A DNA stretch of 64,000 nucleotides from a bacterium. GTDB lineage: Bacteria > UBA8248. A program made the translations under genes and the position numbers. The stretch spans positions 3,424,001-3,488,000 of the forward strand of contig OZ242260.1 in assembly GCA_965207065.1 (NCBI GenBank), given 5' to 3'. Below, piece by piece: positions 29,581 to 38,910 of this stretch. Within the stretch, counting starts at the first letter, position 1, and every line of letters starts with the position of its first letter. Under the pieces are notes generated by a model that saw only the letters and a program-made list of their open reading frames with translations, did no database searches and was not told the origin of the DNA.

Positions 29581-30125
29581 TTACCTTTTCCTTTCTTCGA
29601 GGAAAGTTCTTCAGCCGAGGCCTCGATAGCGTCGATAATCTTCACGTAGCCGGTGCAGCGACAAAGATTACCCGCAATGCCGGCCTTGATTTCTTGTCGG
29701 CTGGGATTCGGGGTGTTGTCGAGCAACTCCTTCGCGGCAACTATCATTCCAGGCGTGCAGAAACCACACTGAATGGCGCCGTGCTCGATGAATTTTTCTT
29801 GAATGGGATGGAGGTTGTCCACCGTGCCGATGCCCTTGACGGTGGTGATCTCACGCCCTTCCGCCTGGACGCCGAGCGCGCAGCACGCGTTCATCGCCAG
29901 ACCATCCAGAAGAATCGTGCACGCGCCGCAATCGCCCGCCTCGCAGCCGTTTTTCACCTCGGTGAATCCCAAGTCGCGCAGCAGATACAGCAAAGTGGTG
30001 TGCGCGGGCGCTTCGGTGCTGACTTCCTGGCCGTTCACCGTGAACGAAATGGGCAGTTTCTTGGGCGGCACGTATGCGGGTGCGCTCGATTTTTTGGTTC
30101 GTTTCGATTTGCTCGCTGTAGCCAT
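29577..30125 (-). CDS. Xanthine dehydrogenase-family 2Fe-2S subunit (CoxS-like)
   Basis: GCEAGDCGACT, QCGFCTPG, NLCRCTGY. Confidence 0.93.
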   Translation of the reverse strand: MATASKSKRTKKSSAPAYVPPKKLPISFTVNGQEVSTEAPAHTTLLYLLRDLGFTEVKNGCEAGDCGACTILLDGLAMNACCALGVQAEGREITTVKGIGTVDNLHPIQEKFIEHGAIQCGFCTPGMIVAAKELLDNTPNPSRQEIKAGIAGNLCRCTGYVKIIDAIEASAEELSSKKGKGK

Positions 30126-30170
30126 CTTCAGGTGTTCTCCAATGAAATTCTCAAGAGACGATGAAGTCTT

Positions 30171-31037
30171 CTATTCGTTGTCCTGTGAAATATCCAGCGC
30201 CTGGCAGATGAGACGACGCGGCAGAACCTCGCACATCAGCTTGCGGTATTCCGCCGATGCGCGAATGTCGTCGATTGGCGTCGCCACGGCGGCGCAGGCT
30301 TCCGCGGCTTTCTGGGCCAGTTCGAGATTCACCACGTTGCCTTCGAGAATTTTCTCGGCTTCATAGCAGCGTATCGGAGCCGCCGTCACGGAGCCCAGCG
30401 AAATACCCGCTTCTTCCACTTTCTTGCGCCTCACCTTCAACACGACCGCCACGCCCACCACGGTGATGGCCATGGCGTTCCTGCGAGCGAGTTTGTAATA
30501 ACCCCATTTGTGGTTTCTGCCGGGGGAGGGGAAGGTCACGGCGGTGATCAACTCATTGGACCGGATTGCCGTCTGGCGGTATCCGGTGAGGAATTTATCG
30601 AGGTCGACCGTCCGCCTTCCTTTTTCGCTGGCGAGTCTCACCTTCGCCTTCAGAGCGAGGAGGGGAGGAACGGCGTCGGCAGCGGGGCCGCCGTCGACGA
30701 TGTTGCCGGCCACCGTGGCGCGGTTGCGGATGATCGGGCCTGCGAATTTCTCCGACATCGCCGCCAGGATGGGCGCTTCCTTGAGGATGGTCTTGTTGGT
30801 CAACAAGTCCGTCATGGTCGCGAGGGCGCCCAGCTTAATCTGGCCCTTCGATGAGGAAATCCCCTGTAGCGCAGAGACTCTCATCAGGTCGATGACGACT
30901 TTCGCCGGGCCGTCGTGCTGGTGCCTGAGATCGGGCAGGAAATTGGTGCCTCCGGCGATGTACTTTGTGCTTCTGCCTTTTGCCGCTTTTAGGGTGGCCG
31001 ATATGGTCGTCGGCGCCACGAAGTCAAAACCACGCAT
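30171..31037 (-). CDS. Xanthine dehydrogenase-family FAD subunit (CoxM-like)
   Basis: IAGGT, IRNRATVAGN, PIDDIRASAEYR. Confidence 0.92.
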   Translation of the reverse strand: MRGFDFVAPTTISATLKAAKGRSTKYIAGGTNFLPDLRHQHDGPAKVVIDLMRVSALQGISSSKGQIKLGALATMTDLLTNKTILKEAPILAAMSEKFAGPIIRNRATVAGNIVDGGPAADAVPPLLALKAKVRLASEKGRRTVDLDKFLTGYRQTAIRSNELITAVTFPSPGRNHKWGYYKLARRNAMAITVVGVAVVLKVRRKKVEEAGISLGSVTAAPIRCYEAEKILEGNVVNLELAQKAAEACAAVATPIDDIRASAEYRKLMCEVLPRRLICQALDISQDNE

Positions 31038-31221
31038 AGACGGAAACTCTCCTCAAATCTACTGAAATAGAATCAACCAATGCCTGCAATGAAAACTGAA
31101 AACGAAGCCGAATCATAATCGACAGAAGGGGACAAGGAAAACGCTCAAAGCGACATCGCCGGCCTGCGTCCCCCGATGAACTGGCCGAACAAATCATTAT
31201 CACTCTCATACGGGCGAGCAT

Positions 31222-31251
31222 ACACTACCAACTGCCGCTCTTTCTCGTCAA
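31222..31251 (-). promoter_or_regulatory. Sigma70-type promoter for the cox-like operon
   Basis: TTGACG-18 nt-TAGTGT with extended TGn. Confidence 0.4.
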
Positions 31252-31336
31252 GCGAAACAGCCCTTGCGGGTCAATTTGCGCAAAGCGTAAGATTCGCTGT
31301 AAAAGTAGCATTTTTCAACAGTTGAAGGTAGTCGGC

Positions 31337-32749
31337 ATGAACGAGGTGAGTGAAGTCGTGAAGAGCGCAAGCGCGAAACCCTTGCGCCTCGCCCTGGCGA
31401 ATCTGGGCTGCAAGCTCAACCACGCCGAGGGCGAAGCCATGAAGCACCTCTCCGCGGGGGCTGGTTTCGAGTTGGTTCCGTTCGGAGAGGAAGCGGACGT
31501 CTACGTGGTCAACAGTTGCACGGTCACGGCCGAAGCCGACCGCGAGGGCAGGCGACTGGCCCGAAAGGCGCGGCGGACGGGCGGCCCGGACGCCCGGGTC
31601 GTCATCGCGGGATGCTCCGCCCAGGCGAACGCGGAGAAAATGCTGATCCCGGAAGTCGACCTCCTGCTCGGAAACAGGGAAAAGCTAAAACTCCCCGATG
31701 AACTGGCGATACCGCTCCTTGGAGATGAGAAGCCCGAAATGCGGGTTTCTCCCATCGAGGAGAGCCTCGATATCGAGAGCGTCGTCCTGCCGCAGTTCGG
31801 CAGCCGGACGCGGGCGTACCTCAAGGTGCAGGACGGGTGCAACTTTTCCTGCACGTTTTGCGCGACCACCATCGCGCGCGGGGCAAGCCGTTCGCTGGAC
31901 GTGGAATCGTGCGCGTCGCATGCCGATACGCTCCTCTTTGGTGGTCATGAGGAACTTGTGCTCACCGGAATTCACCTCGGCGCATACGGCAGGGACATCA
32001 AGCCGCGCAGCACCCTGAGCCGTCTGGTGAGCCGGTTGCTTGAGATAAAAAGGAAATTCCGCCTCAGGCTCTCCTCCGTGGAGCCCGGGGAATTCACGCG
32101 CGAACTCATCCGCGTTGTTGCGGGCGAGGCGTATGGCTCTGGTGGATCGAATGGGGGAAGATACGTCTGCCGCCATTTCCACATACCCGTCCAGAGCGGG
32201 GACGATGAAACGCTCACGGCGATGAAGCGCAACTACACCGCCGAGCGCTGCGCGCGCCGGTTCGATGAAATTGCAAGAAAAATAGACGGGGCCTGTATCG
32301 GAGGGGATTTCATCGTCGGTTTTCCCGGTGAGAGCAAAGAGGCGTTCGAGCGGACGATGGATTGGGTGCGGGAATCTCCGCTGGCCTATCTGCACGTTTT
32401 CCCGTATTCGCCGCGCGAGGGTACGGCGGCCATCGAAATGCCGGAGCAGATTCCAAAAGCCGAGCAGAAAGCCCGCGCGCGCGCCTTACAGGAGTTGGGA
32501 CGAAGGAAATGGGCGGCGTTCGTCTCCTCGCAAACGGGTAAGGAAACGGAAGTGTTGTTCGAGAGCAAACGTACTGAAGACGGGCTTCTCAACGGCTTGT
32601 CGGACAATTACATCCGCGTGTTGGCGTCTGGTCCCGATGAGTGGATAGGGCGCACGGTCCCTGTACGGCTCGCTTCACTGCCCGAGACGAATGGATTTTC
32701 CAGCGTCGCCGCAAGGTCGGAAGTCTTATGGGGAGAGTCAGCGTTATGA
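31337..32749 (+). CDS. mtaB: tRNA t6A37 methylthiotransferase
   Basis: LGCKLN, NSCTVT..AD, LKVQDGCNFSCTFC radical-SAM motif, LTGIHLG, HVFPYSPR. Confidence 0.88.
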   Translation: MNEVSEVVKSASAKPLRLALANLGCKLNHAEGEAMKHLSAGAGFELVPFGEEADVYVVNSCTVTAEADREGRRLARKARRTGGPDARVVIAGCSAQANAEKMLIPEVDLLLGNREKLKLPDELAIPLLGDEKPEMRVSPIEESLDIESVVLPQFGSRTRAYLKVQDGCNFSCTFCATTIARGASRSLDVESCASHADTLLFGGHEELVLTGIHLGAYGRDIKPRSTLSRLVSRLLEIKRKFRLRLSSVEPGEFTRELIRVVAGEAYGSGGSNGGRYVCRHFHIPVQSGDDETLTAMKRNYTAERCARRFDEIARKIDGACIGGDFIVGFPGESKEAFERTMDWVRESPLAYLHVFPYSPREGTAAIEMPEQIPKAEQKARARALQELGRRKWAAFVSSQTGKETEVLFESKRTEDGLLNGLSDNYIRVLASGPDEWIGRTVPVRLASLPETNGFSSVAARSEVLWGESAL

Positions 32750-33633
32750 CGGACGATCAATCGCGCCCGAATCCTTTTCACGAGGGCGCGCCCGATTACG
32801 AAGAGGAAAGCGGCGCGCAGCCGATCGTCACGCTCCTCACGGATTTCGGTAGCGATGAACACTATGTGGGAGTGATGAAGGGTGTCGTCCTGGCGATCAA
32901 CCCGATGGCCCGGCTTGTGGACATCACCCACTCCGTAGCGCCTTACGACGTCAAGGCAGCGTCGTTGATTCTGGGATCCTCGGCGCATTACTTTCCGCGC
33001 GGCACGATTCATGTGGCGGTCGTGGACCCCGGCGTGGGAAGCAGCCGAAGGGGGGTTATAGCCGCCACGGAAAATTATTATTTCGTGGGGCCGGACAACG
33101 GCATGTTTTCCTGCGTGTATGACGACCCCCTCTACCTGTGGACGAGAGAGCTCGAAGAAGATGCGTTTTTCCTGAACGAGGTGAGTTCCACCTTCCACGG
33201 AAGGGATATTTTCGCGCCTGTCGCGGGGCATCTCTCCTATGGGGTTCCTCCGGAGGATTTCGGTTCCATCATCACCGATCCGGTTCGCTTCGATTTTCCC
33301 ACGGTGGAATTCGAGGACGCCGATACCATCACCGGCGAGGTTATCTACGTCGATCATTACGGTAACCTTGTGACGAACATCGACACCACGACTTTCTGGC
33401 GTTTCGATTATGGAGAGGACGATGCCGCGCATTTGCCGATCATCGAAATCGGCGGCCACGTGATTAACGGAGTGAGTGAATACTATCAGGCGGTGAAGGC
33501 GGGCGATCTCGGGGCGCAGTTCAACAGCTGGACGCGGCTCGAAATCTTCGTGCCCGAAGGAAACGCCGCGCAATTCCTGGAAGCGGGCATCGGCGAGAAG
33601 GTAAAGGTTCATATGAGGCACATGAGACTTTAG
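32746..33633 (+). CDS. SAM hydroxide adenosyltransferase (DUF62, chlorinase/fluorinase family)
   Basis: LLTDFG, VVDPGVGSSRR, GPDNG, TFHGRDIFAP, DHYGN. Confidence 0.9.
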   Translation: MTDDQSRPNPFHEGAPDYEEESGAQPIVTLLTDFGSDEHYVGVMKGVVLAINPMARLVDITHSVAPYDVKAASLILGSSAHYFPRGTIHVAVVDPGVGSSRRGVIAATENYYFVGPDNGMFSCVYDDPLYLWTRELEEDAFFLNEVSSTFHGRDIFAPVAGHLSYGVPPEDFGSIITDPVRFDFPTVEFEDADTITGEVIYVDHYGNLVTNIDTTTFWRFDYGEDDAAHLPIIEIGGHVINGVSEYYQAVKAGDLGAQFNSWTRLEIFVPEGNAAQFLEAGIGEKVKVHMRHMRL

Positions 33634-33688
33634 GTTGCCGTTCATCAGTCGGTTCCGGCGCATTCCACGGAGCCAAAGGAGAGAGATA

Positions 33689-34345
33689 ATGGAAAACGCC
33701 CCTGTGCGGTTCACGGTGTACAGCGATTTTTTGTGACCCTGGTGCTTCAACTCGGCCGTGCGCCTGAAAAAGATTAAAGAAGAATATGGAGATAAAGTCG
33801 ACATTCAGTACAGGGTATTCATGCTGAGGCCCGAGCCGGACCCCACGGCGGTATTCAACGATTACCGTAAAAACCACTGGACGAACGCGGATTCACAGCC
33901 AGATTCCGGCGATTTCACCTTGTGGGAGAGCGAAGAGGAATTCCCGAACTGCTCGATGCCGTCTGCGGAAGCCGGGCTGGCGGCGAGGTTCCAGGGCCCC
34001 GAAGAGTGGGAAAAATTCCACGATAATCTTCTGGCCGCCTTCTTCACGGAAAACAGGAACATCTCGAACCCCGAAGTGGTGAGCGACGTGGCGGAGAAAA
34101 GCGGTCTGGACATGGACAGGTACCGTGACACTCTCGAAAGCGGGGATTTGAAGGAAAAGGCCGTCAAGGAATACATGGAGGCCACGAACCTGGGGATAAC
34201 GGGCATTCCCTCCGTCGTCGTGAACGATCGGGCGGTCATGGTCGGCGCGGTGCCGGCGGAACAATACAAATACGTCATCGACAGCATCCTCGAAACCGGC
34301 GATTTGCCCGGCCGGGCGCCCGACGAACTGCCCGTCTCGGACTAG
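33689..34345 (+). CDS. DsbA/FrnE-family thiol oxidoreductase, predicted selenoprotein (UGA at 33734-33736)
   Basis: AAGGAG SD, ATG, then ...YSDFL-TGA-PWC in frame with ORF 33758-34345; C-terminal GITGIP and GAVP. Confidence 0.85.
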
Positions 34346-34385
34346 GCGAGTCGATGGATGCCCGAGGAAACGAGGAGTCTCTGTT

Positions 34386-35378
34386 CTGAATCTCTCTGAC
34401 CTCACAGGCTGCATAACCGACGTTCCGGGTTTTTATCTCGGGCACAATCACGATGAGGAAGCCAGAACGGGCGTCTCGGTGGTGCTATGCCCTCCCGGAA
34501 CCGTCGGGGCGTGCGAATTACGAGGCACGGCGACGGCGACGCGCGGCATGGATGCGCTGCGCGCCGAGCATCTGGTCGGCGGCGTGGACGCGATCGTCTT
34601 GACGGGAGGCAGCGCGTTCGGCCTGGCTTCCGCCGACGGCGTCATGGCCTTTCTCGAGGAGAAGGGCAGGGGGTTTCCCACAGGGCTCTTCAACGTGCCC
34701 ACGGTCGCTGGAGGCGTGTTGTTCGATCTGCATTTCGGTGACGGGCGGGTTCGCCCGGACGCCGCGATGGGGCGCGGCGCATGCGATGCGGCTTCGAACG
34801 CAGAAGGCCCCCAGGGGAGCGTGGGCGCAGGAGCGGGCGCCACGATCGGCAAACTCTTCGGCCAGGAACGCGCCATGAAAGGCGGCCTCGGCACGGCGAG
34901 CGTGAAACTGCCGAAAGATGGCGTCGTGGGCGCCGTCGCTGCCGTGAACGCCTTTGGGGGCGTATACGATCCGGAGACGGGGAAGCCCATCGCGGGACCC
35001 AGAGCGATGCCCCCCGAGCAGGGGATCGTGAATACGGAAGAGCACTTGAGAATCCACGGAAGACCATTTGAGGGGTTTTCCAACACTTCCCAGAACACGA
35101 CGCTGGTCGTTTTGGCGACGAATGCCCGCCTCACGAAAACCGAAACGCATAAACTCGCCCAGTTGGCGGCGAACGGACTCATCCGCACCGTTCGACCCTC
35201 CTATTCGACGGTGGATGGAGACATGGTTTTCGCCCTCTCCTGCGGGGAGCGCGAGGTGGCGCTCGACGTCGTGGGCGCAGCCGCGATCAAGGCCGTCGGC
35301 CATGCCATTTGCCGCGCGGTGATGGAGGCCGACGGTGGAGGCATGGTTCCCGCCTGGCGTGACCTTCCTGCTTCATAA
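34386..35378 (+). CDS. P1/S58 (DmpA-like) peptidase; probable CTG start
   Basis: In-frame ITDVPG..GH..ARTG upstream of the ORF-track start; GGSAFGL, GSVGAG, NTTL, DGD motifs. Confidence 0.85.
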   Translation: MNLSDLTGCITDVPGFYLGHNHDEEARTGVSVVLCPPGTVGACELRGTATATRGMDALRAEHLVGGVDAIVLTGGSAFGLASADGVMAFLEEKGRGFPTGLFNVPTVAGGVLFDLHFGDGRVRPDAAMGRGACDAASNAEGPQGSVGAGAGATIGKLFGQERAMKGGLGTASVKLPKDGVVGAVAAVNAFGGVYDPETGKPIAGPRAMPPEQGIVNTEEHLRIHGRPFEGFSNTSQNTTLVVLATNARLTKTETHKLAQLAANGLIRTVRPSYSTVDGDMVFALSCGEREVALDVVGAAAIKAVGHAICRAVMEADGGGMVPAWRDLPAS

Positions 35379-36604
35379 TGACCTCCCATGCGCAAAAACC
35401 GGCCTGGAGACTCGGTGATTATTTCGATCTGAGCGTCATCGGCCTGACCCACGGGCTGAGCGACGGATTCTCCAACATGCTCGTTCCCGTTCTGGCGCTC
35501 ATCGTCATGGATCTCGACCTATCGCCCTTCGAAGTGGGAGTCCTGCTCAGCACTTTCAGTCTGGGGCAGATGATTTTCCAGTACCCCCTTTCCATATTGG
35601 CGGATAATACCGGCGCCAGAAAACGAATCCTTCTGATGGGCATGGGGCTCTCCGCCGCCTCTTTTATTGCGATGGTGTGGGTGAGCCGGTTCTTGCCGAT
35701 GTGCGCTCTGGCGTTTCTGGCGGGCGCGGGAAATTCCGTCTATCACCCGTGCGGTACGGCGCTGACTGCCAATCGCTTCGAGCGCGATCGCGCGTTCGCC
35801 ATTTCGTGGCACAGCCTGGGCGGCAACCTCGGAACCAGCATCCTCCCGCTGGCCCAGGCGGCCGTGGCGGCGGTGGCCGGTTGGCGCATGGCGGTCGGCG
35901 CTTGCGCTGCTCCCGCCATAGCGCTCCTGCCCATGGTGAACGCCCGGTTTCAGGATGGAAAGCATCAGGAAGAAGCTGAAACGGAGAAAAATTCAAACTT
36001 GAAGGTTATCACCATCATCTGGCGGGTCGTCGAGAACAAAAACATGGTGTGGCTGGCGGCGACCTACACCCTGCGCGGTATGTGCACCAAGGGAATGATA
36101 GGATTTCTGCCCCTGCTGGCGACCTCAAAGCTGGGGATGAGCACGGCGCAAATCGGCGTGGCCGTATCGCTGCACTTCGGATTCGGCATGCTGGCCAAAC
36201 CCTTGATGGGAATCCTGTATGACCGCTGGGGAGCGCGGGCGGCCCTGTTCTGGCCCTTGACGTTGCTGGGAGTCTTCGTTCTCGCTCTGCCGTTCATGGG
36301 GTGGCAAACGGGTTTTTATGTCCTGTCCGCATTGACGGGCGTCGTCGGTTTCGTGAGCCCGATTATACTCACAGCGGCGGCGGATTTCTCGGAAAAGGAT
36401 ATTCTCGCTTCATCCGTCGGATTCATTTATACCTGCCACGGCTTGAGTTTCCTCGCCCCATTGCTGGGCGGGTGGCTCGCCGAGCAGGTGAATCTGGATG
36501 CGAGCTATTTTTGTTTTGCGATCATGAGTTGGCTGGCCGTTTCGGCATCGGTGCAGTTAAGAGGCAAGAAAACGGAAACATCAAAACCCGGGGAGGCAAC
36601 ATGA
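35378..36604 (+). CDS. MFS transporter
   Basis: About 12 TM; LAD..G.RK, GNSVYHP, YDRWG motifs. Confidence 0.85.
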   Translation: MTSHAQKPAWRLGDYFDLSVIGLTHGLSDGFSNMLVPVLALIVMDLDLSPFEVGVLLSTFSLGQMIFQYPLSILADNTGARKRILLMGMGLSAASFIAMVWVSRFLPMCALAFLAGAGNSVYHPCGTALTANRFERDRAFAISWHSLGGNLGTSILPLAQAAVAAVAGWRMAVGACAAPAIALLPMVNARFQDGKHQEEAETEKNSNLKVITIIWRVVENKNMVWLAATYTLRGMCTKGMIGFLPLLATSKLGMSTAQIGVAVSLHFGFGMLAKPLMGILYDRWGARAALFWPLTLLGVFVLALPFMGWQTGFYVLSALTGVVGFVSPIILTAAADFSEKDILASSVGFIYTCHGLSFLAPLLGGWLAEQVNLDASYFCFAIMSWLAVSASVQLRGKKTETSKPGEAT

Positions 36605-36996
36605 TGGCGCGCGAGTATTTCAAGGGCACCTGGCAGGAGGACCGCTCCTTTTCGCCTGCGGTGAAGACGAAAGGGGGCGAGCACATCTGGCTTGCCGGCG
36701 TAGGGATGTGGCGCGATGAGAGAGGGGACGTGCTGGCGGGAGATTTCGAAGCGCAGGTGCACGCCACGTTTCGCCAGATTGAGCGGACCCTGGAGCGGGC
36801 GGGCGGAAAACTTCAGGACATCGTGACGATGACTGTTTTCACTCTCAACGTCCAGTATGGGGATCGGTTCGTCGAACTCAGAAAGCAGTATTTCCCGGAT
36901 GGATATCCCGGCAGCGCCTTGATCACGGTGGCGGGTTTCGCAAAGCCGGAAATGATGGTGGAAATACAGGCCATCGCCGTCATCGGCGAGGAATAG
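36601..36996 (+). CDS. RidA/YjgF-family protein
   Basis: FSPAV, F..GYPGS, VEIQAIA. Confidence 0.85.
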   Translation: MMAREYFKGTWQEDRSFSPAVKTKGGEHIWLAGVGMWRDERGDVLAGDFEAQVHATFRQIERTLERAGGKLQDIVTMTVFTLNVQYGDRFVELRKQYFPDGYPGSALITVAGFAKPEMMVEIQAIAVIGEE

Positions 36997-37026
36997 GGAA
37001 GGGGCAGCGGGAGCGAAACCCTATGT

Positions 37027-37055
37027 TTGCCGCCTTGGGTAAAGGGTGCTAGTCT
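37027..37055 (+). promoter_or_regulatory. Sigma70-type promoter for the ABC operon
   Basis: TTGCCG-17 nt-TAGTCT with extended TG. Confidence 0.45.
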
Positions 37056-37206
37056 CGCTCAACTATTGAATCGCTTCCGGGTGGTGAGCAAACGCCGCGT
37101 TTTTCATTATAAGTATGACCTGTGGCCCTCATTCTCGCGGTGAATCGTTTCTCCATCCGATCGAAGCGTATGGAGCCGCTTTTTCTCGACAGGAATCCTC
37201 GTATCC

Positions 37207-38016
37207 ATGTCTTCAACCGACAATGGCACGAATCCGACGCTGCGCCTCCAGGGCGTCGGGAAATGGTTCGGGTCCCTCCATGTGCTCGATGATATCGACA
37301 TCGACGTGAAGACGCAGGAAATACTGACGGTGCTGGGCCCCAGCGGCTGCGGGAAGACGACGCTTCTGCGCATCGTGAACGGACTCATTCTCTGCGAGAG
37401 GGGAGAGGTTTCCTTCAAGGGAGAACTGGTGGACGGCCCGAGGCCCGAGATGGCCATGGTGTTCCAGAACTTCGGGCTTTTCCCCTGGAAGCGCCTCGAT
37501 CAGAACATCGGCTACGCACTCAAAATACAGGGCAAGGAGAAGGGCGAAATCGACCGCCTGGTGAGCCACTACACGGAACTGGTGGGTCTGGGCGGTTTCG
37601 AGGCGAACTACCCCGCACAGCTCTCCGGCGGAATGCAGCAAAGAGCGGGCCTGGCGAGAGCGCTCGCCGCCCAGCCCGACGTCCTGCTGATGGATGAGCC
37701 TTTCGGCGCCCTCGATGCGCTTACGCGCGAAACGCTGCAGGAGGAATTGCTGCGCATCAACGAGGCGGAGCCCAAGGCGATGATATTCATCACCCACAGC
37801 ATCGATGAGGCGCTCTTGCTCGGAGACCGCGTACTGGTGATGACGCCCAGGCCCGGGAGAATACGCTTTCAGTTCGAGACCGGCTTCGGCCGCGGCAGGG
37901 ATCTCGAGGAACTCCGTGGCGGCAAGCGCTTTCAGGCGCTTCGCCATTACCTCTGGGAAGCCTTGCGCAACCCCGACGAAGAGCCGGAGCCCATTCCCGA
38001 ACTTATCGCTGAATAG
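37207..38016 (+). CDS. NitT/TauT-family ABC ATPase
   Basis: GPSGCGKT, LSGGMQQR, DEPFGALD, ITHSIDEA. Confidence 0.93.
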   Translation: MSSTDNGTNPTLRLQGVGKWFGSLHVLDDIDIDVKTQEILTVLGPSGCGKTTLLRIVNGLILCERGEVSFKGELVDGPRPEMAMVFQNFGLFPWKRLDQNIGYALKIQGKEKGEIDRLVSHYTELVGLGGFEANYPAQLSGGMQQRAGLARALAAQPDVLLMDEPFGALDALTRETLQEELLRINEAEPKAMIFITHSIDEALLLGDRVLVMTPRPGRIRFQFETGFGRGRDLEELRGGKRFQALRHYLWEALRNPDEEPEPIPELIAE

Positions 38017-38030
38017 GAGGCACCAAACCT

Positions 38031-38855
38031 TTGGCTACCGACGCCCCGACGGCAGCAGGCGTATCGACGGCAGAAAAAGCATCCTGGGAGCGCATCAAGG
38101 AACCCGCCGTATACGTGCGCTTGATATCCCTTGTGGTCGTCATCGGCGGGTGGGAGCTGATGGGGTTGACCGGCAACATCGACCCGGTCACCTTCAGCTA
38201 CCCGAGCGCCATATCCGTCGCGTTCTGGGACTTGATCGCCAGCGGCCAGATGACGGCCGCCGCATACGAGAGCTCGCAAATCCTGGTGGCGGGCCTTCTC
38301 ATCGCGATTCCCTTAGGCATCGTTTTGGGGATTCTCATGGGGCGCTTCCGGACGTTCGAGTACGCCGTGGACACCTACGTGTTCGCACTCTACGCCACGC
38401 CGGTGGTCGCACTGGCGTTCCCGATAGCCATGGTGCTGGGCGTGGATTTCGTCGGTAAGACGACCATCGTCGTCTTCTTCGCCATCATGCCGATTATCGT
38501 GAACGTCTATCACGGGGTGCGGAACGTGGACCTCTCGCTCTTGGAAGTGACGCGCTCGTTCTGCTCCACGGAGAGCCAGCGGTGGCGGGACCTGATTTTC
38601 CCGAGCGTGGTCCCCTATCTCGTCGCGGGACTGGGCCTCGCGTGCGGGCGCGCGCTGGTGGGGATGGTCGTCGCGGAGTTCCTGATGAGCATCTCTGGGC
38701 TCGGCGCGCTGAGCCAGGACTACATCGGGGATCTGGAACTGGACAAAGGCCTGGCGCCTGTTGTCTTGTTGATGGCAGTCGGTATAGCTTTAACGAAAGT
38801 GGTGAACATCTGCGAGACGAAGTTCTCTTCCTGGAGGGTTCGGCAGGAGTCCTGA
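38031..38855 (+). CDS. NitT/TauT-family ABC permease
   Basis: TM profile, EAA-like loop, GMVVAE; TTG after AGGAGG. Confidence 0.9.
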   Translation: MATDAPTAAGVSTAEKASWERIKEPAVYVRLISLVVVIGGWELMGLTGNIDPVTFSYPSAISVAFWDLIASGQMTAAAYESSQILVAGLLIAIPLGIVLGILMGRFRTFEYAVDTYVFALYATPVVALAFPIAMVLGVDFVGKTTIVVFFAIMPIIVNVYHGVRNVDLSLLEVTRSFCSTESQRWRDLIFPSVVPYLVAGLGLACGRALVGMVVAEFLMSISGLGALSQDYIGDLELDKGLAPVVLLMAVGIALTKVVNICETKFSSWRVRQES

Positions 38856-38910
38856 CTGAGTGGGCGTCTTGTCGAGGCATGAATTTTCTATTCTTTTTAA
38901 GGAGCTTCAA

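Noticed and set aside
27351-31037. Aerobic CO dehydrogenase
   Set aside because: No large subunit is present to check the AYxCSFR active-site motif; substrate cannot be assigned.
32746-33633. Fluorinase/chlorinase (halogenase)
   Set aside because: It retains the Asp/Arg (VDPGVG..R) and His (TFHGRD) residues of DUF62 SAM hydrolases rather than the halogenase-type motif.
37056-37206. TPP or other riboswitch before the NitT/TauT ABC operon
   Set aside because: The conserved riboswitch core sequences are not visible.
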